A stretch of 63,952 bases of DNA, the filler included, from Stramenopiles sp. TOSAG23-3 (taxonomy: Eukaryota): NCBI GenBank assembly GCA_900128585.1. It is 3 parts of 3 records of this genome, joined end to end, with 100 filler letters (N's around TTAATTAATTAA, not from the genome) between each part and the next. Parts side by side here need not be neighbours in the genome. Positions count along the whole stretch, not along the records: positions 22,038 to 43,967 come from LT642347.1; 2 more parts are not named here. The stretch is one strand, 5' to 3'. The notes beneath the pieces are model-generated. The model worked only from the letters and a program-made list of their open reading frames with translations, was not told where the DNA came from and ran no database searches. Both the position numbers and the translations under genes were made by a program. Positions 22,038-32,920 of the stretch are shown piece by piece. How positions within the stretch are numbered: position 1 is the first letter of the stretch; the number at the start of each line of letters is the position of its first letter.

Positions 22038-22457
22038 CTTCTTTTGTTTAAAAAATTGAAAAGTGATTTTACCAAATTCCTTAAACATCAACAACAACAA
22101 ACGCCCCCTTCGCCCTTCGCGCTTCCTTTGTCATTTGTACGTCCGGTACCGGTACCGTAGTTGGGTTACGCTGTGTCATACGATGATGATGTCGCAGCAG
22201 CATTTAAAATATTTTAACCACTAACTTCATCATCAATAGCATGCCATTTTATTTTTCGTTTTGTATATTCTAATAATGTATTTGGATAGGAAAATCTACG
22301 TAACACATAAGCATATCATTGGGCATTTGTTTTTTTCTATTTCTTCCTCTTCCGTTCGTACCACCGATTGTGCGTGATGTTTTGCTTTTTCTTTTTTGCC
22401 CAACTTTGAAACTGAAAAATGAAAAGTAGAATTTTGTAAGAAGACTGGCTTTTATAA

Positions 22458-22540
22458 TTATTTCTACTTAAGAAGAGGTGTTTATTTACATATAGGATTT
22501 TATACTTATTTCTACTTAAAAAGAGGTGTTTATTTACATA
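22458..22540. repeat. 35-bp direct repeat, two copies, one mismatch, 13-nt spacer
   Basis: ttatttctacttaa(g/a)aagaggtgtttatttacata at 22458-22492 and 22506-22540. Confidence 0.85.
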
Positions 22541-22583
22541 AAGAACCGGAAGGAGCGGGTAAAGTTATATCAGAACTTATTTT

Positions 22584-25500
22584 ATGACTTCCTTACTTAC
22601 TGTCGATGAAGAGGCAGTTACAGCAGCGAGTCAAAGCGACGGCGCGGCCTCGGCGACGGCGTCCAGCGTTGTTGACACCAATTTGAAACGGACACTTTCA
22701 AAAATGGGAACTTTTGAGACGGAGGAAGAGGAGCATAAAAATAGGCGCAAATTAGTAGCGAGGAGAATAAAGTCTTTCAAGAAATCTGGCCAAAATGCAG
22801 TCGTCGGGAGCCAGAGCAAGGAGGTTGCCGAGTTTCCCTTATTGAAGACCTTGACGGACGAGATTGAGGGTTTCGAAGATGTCATCAGCTATGAGCATAT
22901 ATTTTCCTCCTCCGATGACGAAGAAGTTATCGCAGAGGACAATGACACCAAATTAAATTTGTTAAGCAAGCGCGCAGCAGACCAGACAGGGCCCCTTGAC
23001 AAGGGGAAAAAAAGCAGCTCGACGACAAGCCAATGCCGGACGGAGAGAACGGTTGCGAAAGCGTTTTTGTTTAAAGAGTGCACACGTAGGCTTCGACTAA
23101 CTGTGAAACAGGACTCTCCTCTGCTTGACAATTTTGTTTGGGAGCGGGTAAAAGACGACCTAAGGGTAATCGGCTACATTACAAAGCAGTTCTAAAACAG
23201 TTGCCAATATTGTTTGCTGCCAGATTATCAACGTTTCGTCTATTTTGCCACCTAGTGCACAGGCAGTCCACAGATTTCGATAAAGTCGCACAGTCCAAAA
23301 CGAGCCCCATGTATAAGACTCTGAAGAAAGCCACAGTAGAGCGGGTCATCTTACATTTCCAAAACAATATTATGAGTGTGCCGCCTTTCCAAAGAAGCAC
23401 AACGGCTCATGATGAGGAGGAAAACACGTCCCAAACCCGGATGAGAATAAACATGACAGAGTTAGGGGTAAAGTGCCTATTGATAAAGTCTTGGCAGCCG
23501 ACTGTGAGCACATATTTAATTCCTTCAATTTCAAAATCTCTAATTAAGTTGTCAGAACTCTTAGGTAGCAGTTTGGGACTTTCGATTCCTGCAGGGGCCT
23601 TGCAAAAAAACAATGACGATGGGTACTATTTTAAATCAGTGTATGGGATCTTCACAGAAGGCCACGCAAAGTTATCAACCTATCAATGGAAATCATCCAA
23701 TTCAGTCACTAATGCCAGAATTTTGAGTATATGCATGTTAGCACCGAGCATAAGCCTTTGCGGCCTTTTTTCCATGATGCAGCTCTGGGGATCGGAGGAT
23801 TTGTACAGGGCCCAATGCCGTGCTGTAAAATCGTTTGTAGACCAGGAAACAAAAACGTCGGAATCCTCTCGAGAAATAAACGATACGTTCGTTATAGAAA
23901 AAGTTAAGCGGAAGTCCGTGCCACTGCGATCTGCAGCAGAAACGCTTCAGTTAATAGGTTTGGAAGGGAAAGTGCAATTTGCTCGCACGGAAGCGCACGG
24001 TGGAGATGCAGCCGAGAACACAACTTTGCCACAGACTAACAGTGTTCCCGTTGTTATAGTTGCCAAAGGTGTAGAACCGAACGGGGAGAACACAGAGGCG
24101 CTGCCGACTACGGTCGCAAAAGCGGTGGAACCCGTTAAAGAGAATGCAGAAGGCTCCGCGATGGCAACGACCATTATTTCAGAGGAACATATGCCCTGGA
24201 CAGACACGGTTATCGCTGTCGGCTCGCCTAAAAATGCAGAGGGAATGGCGGAAAGCATATTTTTTTTTCCCACTAGTAGTCCCTCGATTGCTTCTACTAG
24301 TTCAATGGCCGAATCGCCTCTGTACGCATACACAAGTGGGGCGTCTTACAAGACCGATGGGGGTTTGATGGCAATAACTGCATTCAACAAAGGCTATGGA
24401 GCAGCTAGATTAGGGTCACATATTGATTGCGTGACTTGTCCTGTAATGGCTACTGGGGGACGAAGAAATACTATAGACATATGGCAAAAAGTATACGAGA
24501 GGACGTCACCCGACGGCAAAACCAGCAAATCTTTTCTGAAGAAATACTACAAGAAGTTTCTGAATTTCACCGTAGGGGGCAAACCGGAAGAATCAGAGGC
24601 AGAAATAGTGTCGTCATGGAAGAAAATACAATCTTTGAGGGGGCATAAGGATTGGGTAACGTGTCTTTGTAGCCAACCGCCTGGGCTTTCAAGCGGCATG
24701 GAAGGTTTAAAGCCGCCATTTATAGTGTCTGGTTCTCGTGATAAATCTTTGCGACTTTGGTCATATACAACAGATACGCCGAACAAATGGTTTTGCTTGG
24801 AAACATTTGAAGGCGCAGATATTTGTGAAGAAAATGCAGGGCATAGAGATTCTATCACTAGCTGCGATTTATCGCACGAAAGTGGGCTTCTAAAGCTTGC
24901 ATCGGGATCTGCAGATTCGATCGTAAACATTTGGGATGCGAGCAGCTCTGCGAAACCTTTACAAGTATTAGATTCCCATGCTCACACTGTTCGATGTGTT
25001 AAGTGGAACCAAGGGTGCGGGTCCGCAGGGGTACTCGCGACCGGTAGCGATGATGAATGCGTTATAATATGGGACATTCGCGCAGCAAACGGTGGAAAAG
25101 TAAAAAAGTTGCAGTGCAATGCACCGGTATTAACAATGTGTTGGGGCGATGGAGCTAACACGGGCAATTCTTGGTTAGCTGCTGGCGGTGGCGTGTGCCA
25201 CGACTCGTTTTCTGGGACGACGGAGAATGTTGGTGGCTGGTTGAGAATTTTTGATTGCCGCACGTGGAAACCGTTCGTAGATTGCAGCGATGCATTGGCA
25301 TCATGCGAGGAACGCACTTTCTACAGCTCTGCAGGAGACAAAAGGCTTGCAGACCATTACCGCGAGGGCGGGGACGGGCGCCAATCTTGGGTCCCAGCCG
25401 ATTATCTGTCTGATAAAAAGAAGATGTGGGAGGGAGAGGAAAGTTCACGAACCGCCCCACGTCTGTCCGAGGGAGACCACATGGCTAGAAGATTGGCCCA

Positions 25501-25741
25501 TAAAGGGTATGTGAAAGATTGCAAAGCAATCAGGCTTGCTGACGGGTCCGACGCAGTTGTGTCGCTCGGGGAAGATAACCGTGTGAAAATATGGAAATTG
25601 AATTTTAGAGACGGTATTGATACATCGCCAGATCGCGTTTTAGCTAAAAAATCCAAAACGTCATTGGTGGCGTGCCTCAGCAATACTAGCACGAGGAAGC
25701 GGACGGTGATTTTAAACGCTTTGGAAGTTGTTCCGTCATAA
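22584..25741 (+). CDS. Large WD40-repeat protein, probably one gene with a short intron ending at 23200
   Basis: WD repeats GHKDWVTCL..SGSRDKSLRLW, GHRDSITSC..SGSADSIVNIWD, HAHTVRCVKW..TGSDDECVIIWD. ORFs 22584-23195 and 23138-25741 join in frame by splicing GT at 23148 or 23166 to AG at 23200. Confidence 0.7.
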
Positions 25742-26258
25742 CGGTATCGGTCGGTTGTATGTGAAAATTTTTATGCTGCTGCTGCTGTTATATTTAAATA
25801 TTATCATTATTATTATATTTTTTCATTTTTTTAGTCGTCCTGTAGTTGGGAATTGGTATTTGTTGGTTGTGTGAACTATTATTTTTGTTTCATTAGTATA
25901 ATATTATTAACATTAATACGGTGCAGCAGCAAGCACGGAAAATTATTATTTGTACCAGCAGGTACCAGGTACCAGGCACAGGTAAAAATACCCAGGTAAC
26001 AGGTACACAGGAAGAAGTTTTTAATTTTTGTGTTTTGTGTTTTTTTTGTTTTGTTTTTTGCTTGTTTGTTTGTTTGTAGCAGTAGTTGTTAAAAGTTCAA
26101 TCAATAATGACAAGAAACTGGCCTTGTAGCCGACGATGCACGCGCTGTTACCGATAATGCCCCCCCTCAACCGCATTTCATACGCAAAATATATCCGACA
26201 AATATCAAGTACAACACTTTTCAAGGCCGCTTGTTGTAGCACATTTTCTCGTTTGGCA

Positions 26259-28091
26259 ATGGCAAGCTCAGGCACGGCCAGCAACGAAGCTGTGCACACC
26301 CCCAAGTTTTATCCTCAGAAGGATACACACGGCCCTCCATTGCTCAGTTCAAACTCAATACCAACGACGGCGCAAATTAAAGATGATAGAAAACTGGCAC
26401 CACAAGCCTACATTTCTCCAAACTACTTAAAAAGGCTGCAACCATTTCGTTCTGGAAATATACCGAACTTGTCTTCTAGTCCCTTGGTGGACGTGAGAAA
26501 GAATTTTGCGCCGCCACCTCCACTGCCCAAACCGTTCCCAAGTGACCACACCGCAGCCAAAGAAAAGACGACCGGCAAAGCGATGACAGCCGAACTTAAT
26601 AAACAGAAGCCGGTTGTTCTAAAATCTGGGGCGGCGCCCCCTCCCCTCAATTTCTCAAAAACAATTCAGGAGCCCAACCAAAGAGGCGGCGGAGAAGATA
26701 AAACCAGAAAGTGGGTCCAGCTCTTCTTGAAATTTAATAAATTTGAGAGGCACGTGGCAATGGAGATGTTACGGAAATACTCCGACGAGAAGCAGAGGAG
26801 TGAAATTGCGGCTATTTTTGTGAACGATTTCAGCGAGGATGAAGGTAGTGAGAAGGACGAGGCCAAAAGTACGCCGTTACAAGTGAAAAGTGGAAGGGTT
26901 GAAGCGGAGAGGCGAGGTGAGGGGGCGAAGCAATGGGGAGTAGACGACCATCACAGTAGGTCATCTGCACAGCCGGCATACAATAATAGCGGCCAGTGGA
27001 CTGATCAGGACGAAGACGAGTGGAGCGGAATGATGGATTACGTTGATAGAGATAAATTAAAGGGGTTAAATTCCACCAAGGAATCGTCCCTGAACGAAAG
27101 TGGATTAATGAAGGTCCCGTTCCTCAACAGCGCGTACACAACGCAACTGGTGTCTCAAATGCTATATAAACCACGTAATGCTATGCACACCGTGTTGGAC
27201 AAAAACATTGGAATGCTGGAATGCACAGCGGTCTGGAATCTAGAAAAACGTCGCTTGGAATTGTATCTAGATTCAGCTCAAGGCACGCCATTGTTGTGCG
27301 GTCAACTCGTTTCTGAAGACGAGGCCAACATGTTGCGATTCGATGTATCCTTGGCGGATGACTACGGTGGGGACCGCCTGTGCATGCTTGATCAAGTTCG
27401 CCGAGTTCCTTTGGCACAGTTTGAAATAAATACCGACGGAGACTCCGCGAGCGCTTTGTACCAACGCCCCTACGTATCCAAAGGGGCAGGGGGAGGCGTC
27501 TACGCGTCCATGGAAGACACAATGGAAGAGTTTCATGGCATGAAGCGGCAGATTGGAGCGATTCAGGTAAAGTGCGAAGAGAATGCGCCACGGAAGGTTT
27601 TGCTTATGGTTCCGTCATTAGACAAAGAGACAAAAAGACCGAACAACTTTTTCACGCAATACAAGGAGGATAATATTTTGAAAATGGCTGCGTCCGGTCC
27701 GCAAGAGAGGATAGAGTACTTACTCAGCAAAGAAGCTGAATATGACGACGAATTGAACGGCTACTGTTTGGATTTCGGGGGAAGGGTCACGATGGCATCT
27801 TCGAAGAACGTCGTTCTTACTCGGCACGGGAGAAGAAAGACGCTGTATTGTTTCGGCAAAAGCGGACCAAACGAGTACGCATTATCGTTTGGAAGCCCGC
27901 TCTCTATTCTTCAGGCGTTTTGCACGGCACTATCCAGTGTTGCTGTTAGTTTGCAAATTTTTACTACCGATCGAGAGCTGAGCGAATTTGAGGATGATAG
28001 TGATGACGACGACGATAGGGATGATATGTTTTTTGAAGACGACGAAATGCTTCATGAAGACGAGTATTACTATGGCGAGGACGATGATTGA
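26259..28091 (+). CDS. Tubby C-terminal domain protein
   Basis: PRKVLLMVP, YCLDFGGRVTMASSKNV, FGKSG..YALSFGSPLSILQAFCTALSS. Start uncertain (ATG 26259, or 26136/26157). Confidence 0.85.
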   Translation: MASSGTASNEAVHTPKFYPQKDTHGPPLLSSNSIPTTAQIKDDRKLAPQAYISPNYLKRLQPFRSGNIPNLSSSPLVDVRKNFAPPPPLPKPFPSDHTAAKEKTTGKAMTAELNKQKPVVLKSGAAPPPLNFSKTIQEPNQRGGGEDKTRKWVQLFLKFNKFERHVAMEMLRKYSDEKQRSEIAAIFVNDFSEDEGSEKDEAKSTPLQVKSGRVEAERRGEGAKQWGVDDHHSRSSAQPAYNNSGQWTDQDEDEWSGMMDYVDRDKLKGLNSTKESSLNESGLMKVPFLNSAYTTQLVSQMLYKPRNAMHTVLDKNIGMLECTAVWNLEKRRLELYLDSAQGTPLLCGQLVSEDEANMLRFDVSLADDYGGDRLCMLDQVRRVPLAQFEINTDGDSASALYQRPYVSKGAGGGVYASMEDTMEEFHGMKRQIGAIQVKCEENAPRKVLLMVPSLDKETKRPNNFFTQYKEDNILKMAASGPQERIEYLLSKEAEYDDELNGYCLDFGGRVTMASSKNVVLTRHGRRKTLYCFGKSGPNEYALSFGSPLSILQAFCTALSSVAVSLQIFTTDRELSEFEDDSDDDDDRDDMFFEDDEMLHEDEYYYGEDDD

Positions 28092-29049
28092 GTATTTTGA
28101 GCAATTCGACGAATCTATTTTCTATTTGTTAAACTTGTCTCTAGACGACTAAAATAATACGGTTCACGGATTATTCTCTACCGTACTCATAATAATTTCC
28201 AGATGTACACGGGTATATTGGATATATCGATCGATTAGTAAAACCTAAAAAGAGCAAAGAAGATATAAATAAGTTCGCGTTCATCATGAAAAAAGGAAGA
28301 ATGTAAACCGAGAATTGTCTTCTAAATCTAGATTTCAGTTCGTAGTATAATATTAATACATTGTATTACCAAGGTGGTAATTTTATTAATTCGATTATTT
28401 ATTAATAACAACAGCCAATTCTGTTCGATTTTTCAAGAATTTCGTCGTAGTACATTTTTTTCATTTCTCCTATTCGTATGTTAGAATTAGGGTAAAAGAA
28501 GGAAATCGAGGAAAAAAGAGAGAAGAAAAAAAAGGAGGATTGTGGTGGGCCACATTTTTAAAGGTATTTGTTGAAATAAAATTAATATATAATTATATTT
28601 ATTTATAATAATAGTATAATCACATTATTGTCCTTAATTTACATAGTGACAACAATTATTAATTATTTTTTTTCTTCTTCTTCTTCTTCTTCTTTTTTTA
28701 TTCACTCTGGTACTTCTTTTATATTCTGATGTTGTGTCCCCAATTAAAAAAATTAGGAGAGGGGAGGAGGAATTAAAAAAAACTGATGAATATTGTATCG
28801 TACCGTAGTTAGTATATGTATTATAATTACAGTGCAGAGCAGATTTGTGATATATATTAGTAAACAATTATTCCTCGTAAAGTGTAAGTTCACATAATTT
28901 GTGCGAGAAAATAACAACTATGATTGATTGAAGATTAGTTTCACAGATTTAATTTTTCAAAGCATACATTCATTATAGTAAAGGGAGGCATTATTCAATC
29001 GTTGTTACTTTTCCAAATAAACTGTACCACACGCAACAACTAAATACCT

Positions 29050-29793
29050 ATGTCGGCACTTGCAAAGCACTTGACCGACAGTCTACAGTTGACGGTAATT
29101 GGAATTGCGGGGGGGACGGGGAGTGGCAAAACCAGCGTTTCACAGCACATCATTGATGGGATTGGGAAGTCCAAGGTTACATATTTAAGCCATGATTCCT
29201 ACTACAAGGACATTTCACACCTGTCTTTGGCAGAGCGTGCACAAAATAATTTTGACCATCCCGACTCCCTCGACACGGAGCTACTGTGCGAACACTTGAT
29301 CGCACTGAAGAACGGGCGCTCCGTGAACTGCCCCATTTACAATTTCACCACGCATAGCAGAGAAAAAAAGACCGAGCTCGTAGAGGCAAGGTCGGTTGTT
29401 ATAGTCGATGGAATACTGCTTTTTTCGGAACCAAATTTGCGGAAAATAATAGACATCAAGCTTTACGTGGACACCGAAGCGGACCTACGATTCATCCGCC
29501 GCCTGGAGCGCGACATACTTGAACGCGGTCGCACCAGGGAAAGCGTGATTAAACAGTACTTGAAGACTGTTCGCCCCATGCACGACGAGTTTGTTGAGCC
29601 TACAAAGCGCTTTGCAGATGTTATCATCCCGAACGGGGCAACAACGGGCTTGAACCAAACTGCAATGGATATAATTATATCTCGTGTCAAGCACGTGCGG
29701 GTCCGTGGTTTGAGCTTCGACTCCCCGCCGCTTTCACCTACGCGCCGGTCAGCAACTGTTCCGGCAATGGACACGATACAGTTGGACGCGTAG
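29050..29793 (+). CDS. udk: Uridine/cytidine kinase (stand-alone)
   Basis: IGIAGGTGSGKT, DSYYKD, NFDHPD, DGILLF, RRLERDILERGR, VRPMHDEFVEPTKRFADVIIP. Confidence 0.95.
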   Translation: MSALAKHLTDSLQLTVIGIAGGTGSGKTSVSQHIIDGIGKSKVTYLSHDSYYKDISHLSLAERAQNNFDHPDSLDTELLCEHLIALKNGRSVNCPIYNFTTHSREKKTELVEARSVVIVDGILLFSEPNLRKIIDIKLYVDTEADLRFIRRLERDILERGRTRESVIKQYLKTVRPMHDEFVEPTKRFADVIIPNGATTGLNQTAMDIIISRVKHVRVRGLSFDSPPLSPTRRSATVPAMDTIQLDA

Positions 29794-29860
29794 ATGGTGG
29801 CCATTTCAGTTTCTCATGTAAAATTATTTACATATTATGAGTGTATATATATACGTTTTT

Positions 29861-31849
29861 TTAGTTATTCGCCTGCAAGTAACTGCTTTTGGTTCTCGTC
29901 TTCTTCGCATTTGCATTCGCAGAGAGCTTCATGTGCTTCTTGTGCTTCGATTTTGCACTGGACCCGCTCTTGTCCGCTGCCCTGGCCGCCGTGCCATCAT
30001 GGGCGGACGAGGAAAGCATGTCATGAAGCGTGCCGCTCCAAGATGGAACGAAGCGACCTTCATCCCCTGACGGCAGTAGTTCCGTTTCGGATTTTTCCGC
30101 CGAAATGTTTCCATCTGATTGCGAGTCTTGAGCGGCCACTTTCGCGTCGGCATCCTCAGTCTCGGCAGCGCCTTCCGGTACCTCCTCAAGGTCTCGAGCG
30201 TCGATCACAGTAGCCTTCGTGGCTTTTGCCTGTGTGTTCATCACGACGTCAGCCTTTCTCCAGTCGCCCGCCACCGTCGTATTGAATATATCAACCATAT
30301 GCACGGCAAGAAAATCACAGCTCCCATCTTCGGTGTCAATGTTCAAATCGTCTGCCAAAACTTCTTCAAGAAACGGGGCAATTTCGTCGGGAAATATTTC
30401 ACCATCTTTCTTCTTGTTTACGACGCGCTCCCATCGCTCTTGAAAGTTAAACTCCAGATCCTCGTATAGTTTGTCAACTTTCTTCTGCGTGTCCCTTCCT
30501 CCAGTGTCGTGGGCCTGGGCAAACTTTATTATCGGCCACTCGTGCACGAGTTTCTTCAACGCTGCGGCGAAACGCCAAAAATTCTTTTTCGAAGAAGCTG
30601 CCTTTTCATTCAGCAAAAAACAGGCCCAAGACGACGCTTGCCCGACACCACTGTGCTGAAACGGCGGGTCCCCAACGCCCCCTATTTCAACATTGTAGCC
30701 CCAGCTTTCTGATACCTCCTTGCACCACGAATGAAACTGTGAGTGGGACCATTCCCACAAATGACCCGCAAATCGGACCTGCTCCTCGTGCATGTTGTAG
30801 ACACTGTTGAACGTTTTATTTACTGTAGAAACCACGATCTGCTTTGGCTGCAGCACTCCAAATAACCACTTCACCATCGCGTCCAATTCTTCTTTCGTGT
30901 GGGACTGGATCCATTCCGGGAGAACCACGGTGTCTTGTCCATGCTCTGTAACAACGGCCGGTACATAGTGGTTGCTCGTGATTAAATCGCCAGCATACGT
31001 CTTCACCTCCAACGCGTATTTTCTGGGGCGTAGCATGTTTGCGCTGCTCCCAAACACTCCGCCTTGAACGCGGGACACGGACTTTTGAACTTCGGATTCG
31101 GCTAGCCCAATGACGCAGAGTTTGTCTACGAGGGGGCATAAATCTCGAATGCCTTCCACCAAATACCCTTCCTCTTTCCCACCAATAATAAAGACCCGTT
31201 TGGTTCGAAACTTTCTGAGCAAAGCGCACACTTTCACTACCCGCAGCCGAAGGACGCCCTTTTCTGCGTCATGAAATGTGCTGGCCATCAGCGGGAATGA
31301 CAGCGCAGAATCATTTGCACTACCCGCACCATTCTTTCGCTTCGCTCGCTTTTCGCGCATATATTTTTGCTTCTTGGTTTCTTTCTTTTTCTTGACTTCC
31401 CACCCATCATTTTCGTCTCCTTCAGTGCCTGCAGAGGGCTCAACCTCTTCGGCTTTCTCCGCTTCGAGGTGAAGATCTTGGCTAGCAGCAACGACCTCTG
31501 TCATCGAAATAGTCGGCTTAATTTCAAACCCTTCGAACATAGCAGGTTTAGAATCGTCCCCGCCGCCCTCAGTTTTGGGCGTGCTCTTTCCACTTTCTAA
31601 CTCTTGTTTGTGACGCGCAGCCAGCGCTGCTTCTCCCGTCCGGAGGATTTCTTTAAACGTCGTAAGGGCCCTTTTCTTGTCTTTTCCCTTCAAACCCCGC
31701 GTCATTTTATTACGCTCTTTCTCCATTTGCCGTTTCAAGTCCTTTACTTCTAACTTGTGCCGCCGCTCAATTTGATGCAACGTTTCTTTGACGGGGGCGC
31801 CACCCCCCGCTTCGCCGCCTTCCAAACCGTTTTCAACAAAGGTTGCCAT
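29861..31849 (-). CDS. Fusion protein: OTUD6/Otu2-like N-terminus, degenerate HEN1 methyltransferase domain and TSR2 domain
   Basis: RRHKLEVKDL..KDKKR..RHKQELE (OTUD6 N-terminus); FGVLQPKQIVVSTVNKTFN..HLWEWSHSQFHSW..YNVEIGGVGDPP (HEN1); F..WP..GG..QKK..DEIAPFLEEVL..EDGS..GD (TSR2). Confidence 0.8.
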   Translation of the reverse strand: MATFVENGLEGGEAGGGAPVKETLHQIERRHKLEVKDLKRQMEKERNKMTRGLKGKDKKRALTTFKEILRTGEAALAARHKQELESGKSTPKTEGGGDDSKPAMFEGFEIKPTISMTEVVAASQDLHLEAEKAEEVEPSAGTEGDENDGWEVKKKKETKKQKYMREKRAKRKNGAGSANDSALSFPLMASTFHDAEKGVLRLRVVKVCALLRKFRTKRVFIIGGKEEGYLVEGIRDLCPLVDKLCVIGLAESEVQKSVSRVQGGVFGSSANMLRPRKYALEVKTYAGDLITSNHYVPAVVTEHGQDTVVLPEWIQSHTKEELDAMVKWLFGVLQPKQIVVSTVNKTFNSVYNMHEEQVRFAGHLWEWSHSQFHSWCKEVSESWGYNVEIGGVGDPPFQHSGVGQASSWACFLLNEKAASSKKNFWRFAAALKKLVHEWPIIKFAQAHDTGGRDTQKKVDKLYEDLEFNFQERWERVVNKKKDGEIFPDEIAPFLEEVLADDLNIDTEDGSCDFLAVHMVDIFNTTVAGDWRKADVVMNTQAKATKATVIDARDLEEVPEGAAETEDADAKVAAQDSQSDGNISAEKSETELLPSGDEGRFVPSWSGTLHDMLSSSAHDGTAARAADKSGSSAKSKHKKHMKLSANANAKKTRTKSSYLQANN

Positions 31850-32920
31850 AGCTCCGTAATTCTATGCAAAAAGCTATTACAACGACTGTCTGTACTTCCC
31901 ACCTCTCGTGTTTTGAAATGTTGAAAATAGTCGCCTACTTCTTAGCTTGAGATTGACTTTTCCTATGGCATCAGAATGAAATAGTTCTATCGCATAGAGT
32001 ACGGGGTATTGTTCATTGTGATCGATCAGGTCGGTCGGTCGGTTTATTATTTTTTGGTATTTTTTATAGCGCTTATGCTGCTGGCGGCGGCGGTGGTAGA
32101 ATGAAACAACAAAAAACAAAAAAAAAAGGAAGAAGACGACTTATTATCTATTAACCCTAACCCTAACCATACCTAGTATTAATAATACCTGGTAAGTAAT
32201 ACCAAGTAAAAGCAAATACCCTCGAGATAAAATAATAATTTCTTCTTCTTCTTCTTCTTTTCTTGTGGTGATGCCTGCAATTGATGGTTAGGAATAGGGT
32301 ATTTCATTTAGAATCTTCTTCTTCTTCGCGAATTATTTTTATATAATAATTAAATTATATATAGACACAATATGAAAGTATCCATTGACTGGCCATAAAA
32401 TAAGAAGATGAATAAATAGAGAGGAAGATACATTGAGAATGTCGATGCTGTGTCATGTAATCGTCTTCATAGAAAATAGCGATTTGGAGTTCTATTGTTG
32501 TTGTGTTCTGATTTTGACTCTTTCTTCTTCTTTGTTTGTTCTGCTCTGCGCTCTGCTCTCCTTTTTCTTCGCCCTTCGCATATTGTGGCTGGGTGCTACG
32601 GTAGATGCTTTATTTATTAGAGCATAGGAGGAGGAGAAGGAGGTCAAGCCCAACAACTTTAGTATAGACACTATAGTAAGTTGTTGTTTCATAATAAATA
32701 AAACAATAAAATTATTATTTTATTATTATTCGTCATTTAAGAATACAATAGAATTGCATTGCGATTGCTGTTAATAAATACTGTTGGGGAGGAAGTATCC
32801 ACACCATATGGCCTACATTAAAAGGTGAGTTTTACATGAGACGGTTCGTTTGCTTCAATATCCAAACAATCTCAAATACACGCATATATAGTTTATTGGA
32901 AAGAGAGAAAGAGAGAGAAC

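Noticed and set aside
22458-22540. 35-bp direct repeat resembling a mini CRISPR array
   Set aside because: Only two copies, a 13-nt spacer, no cas genes and a eukaryotic context; a simple tandem duplication.
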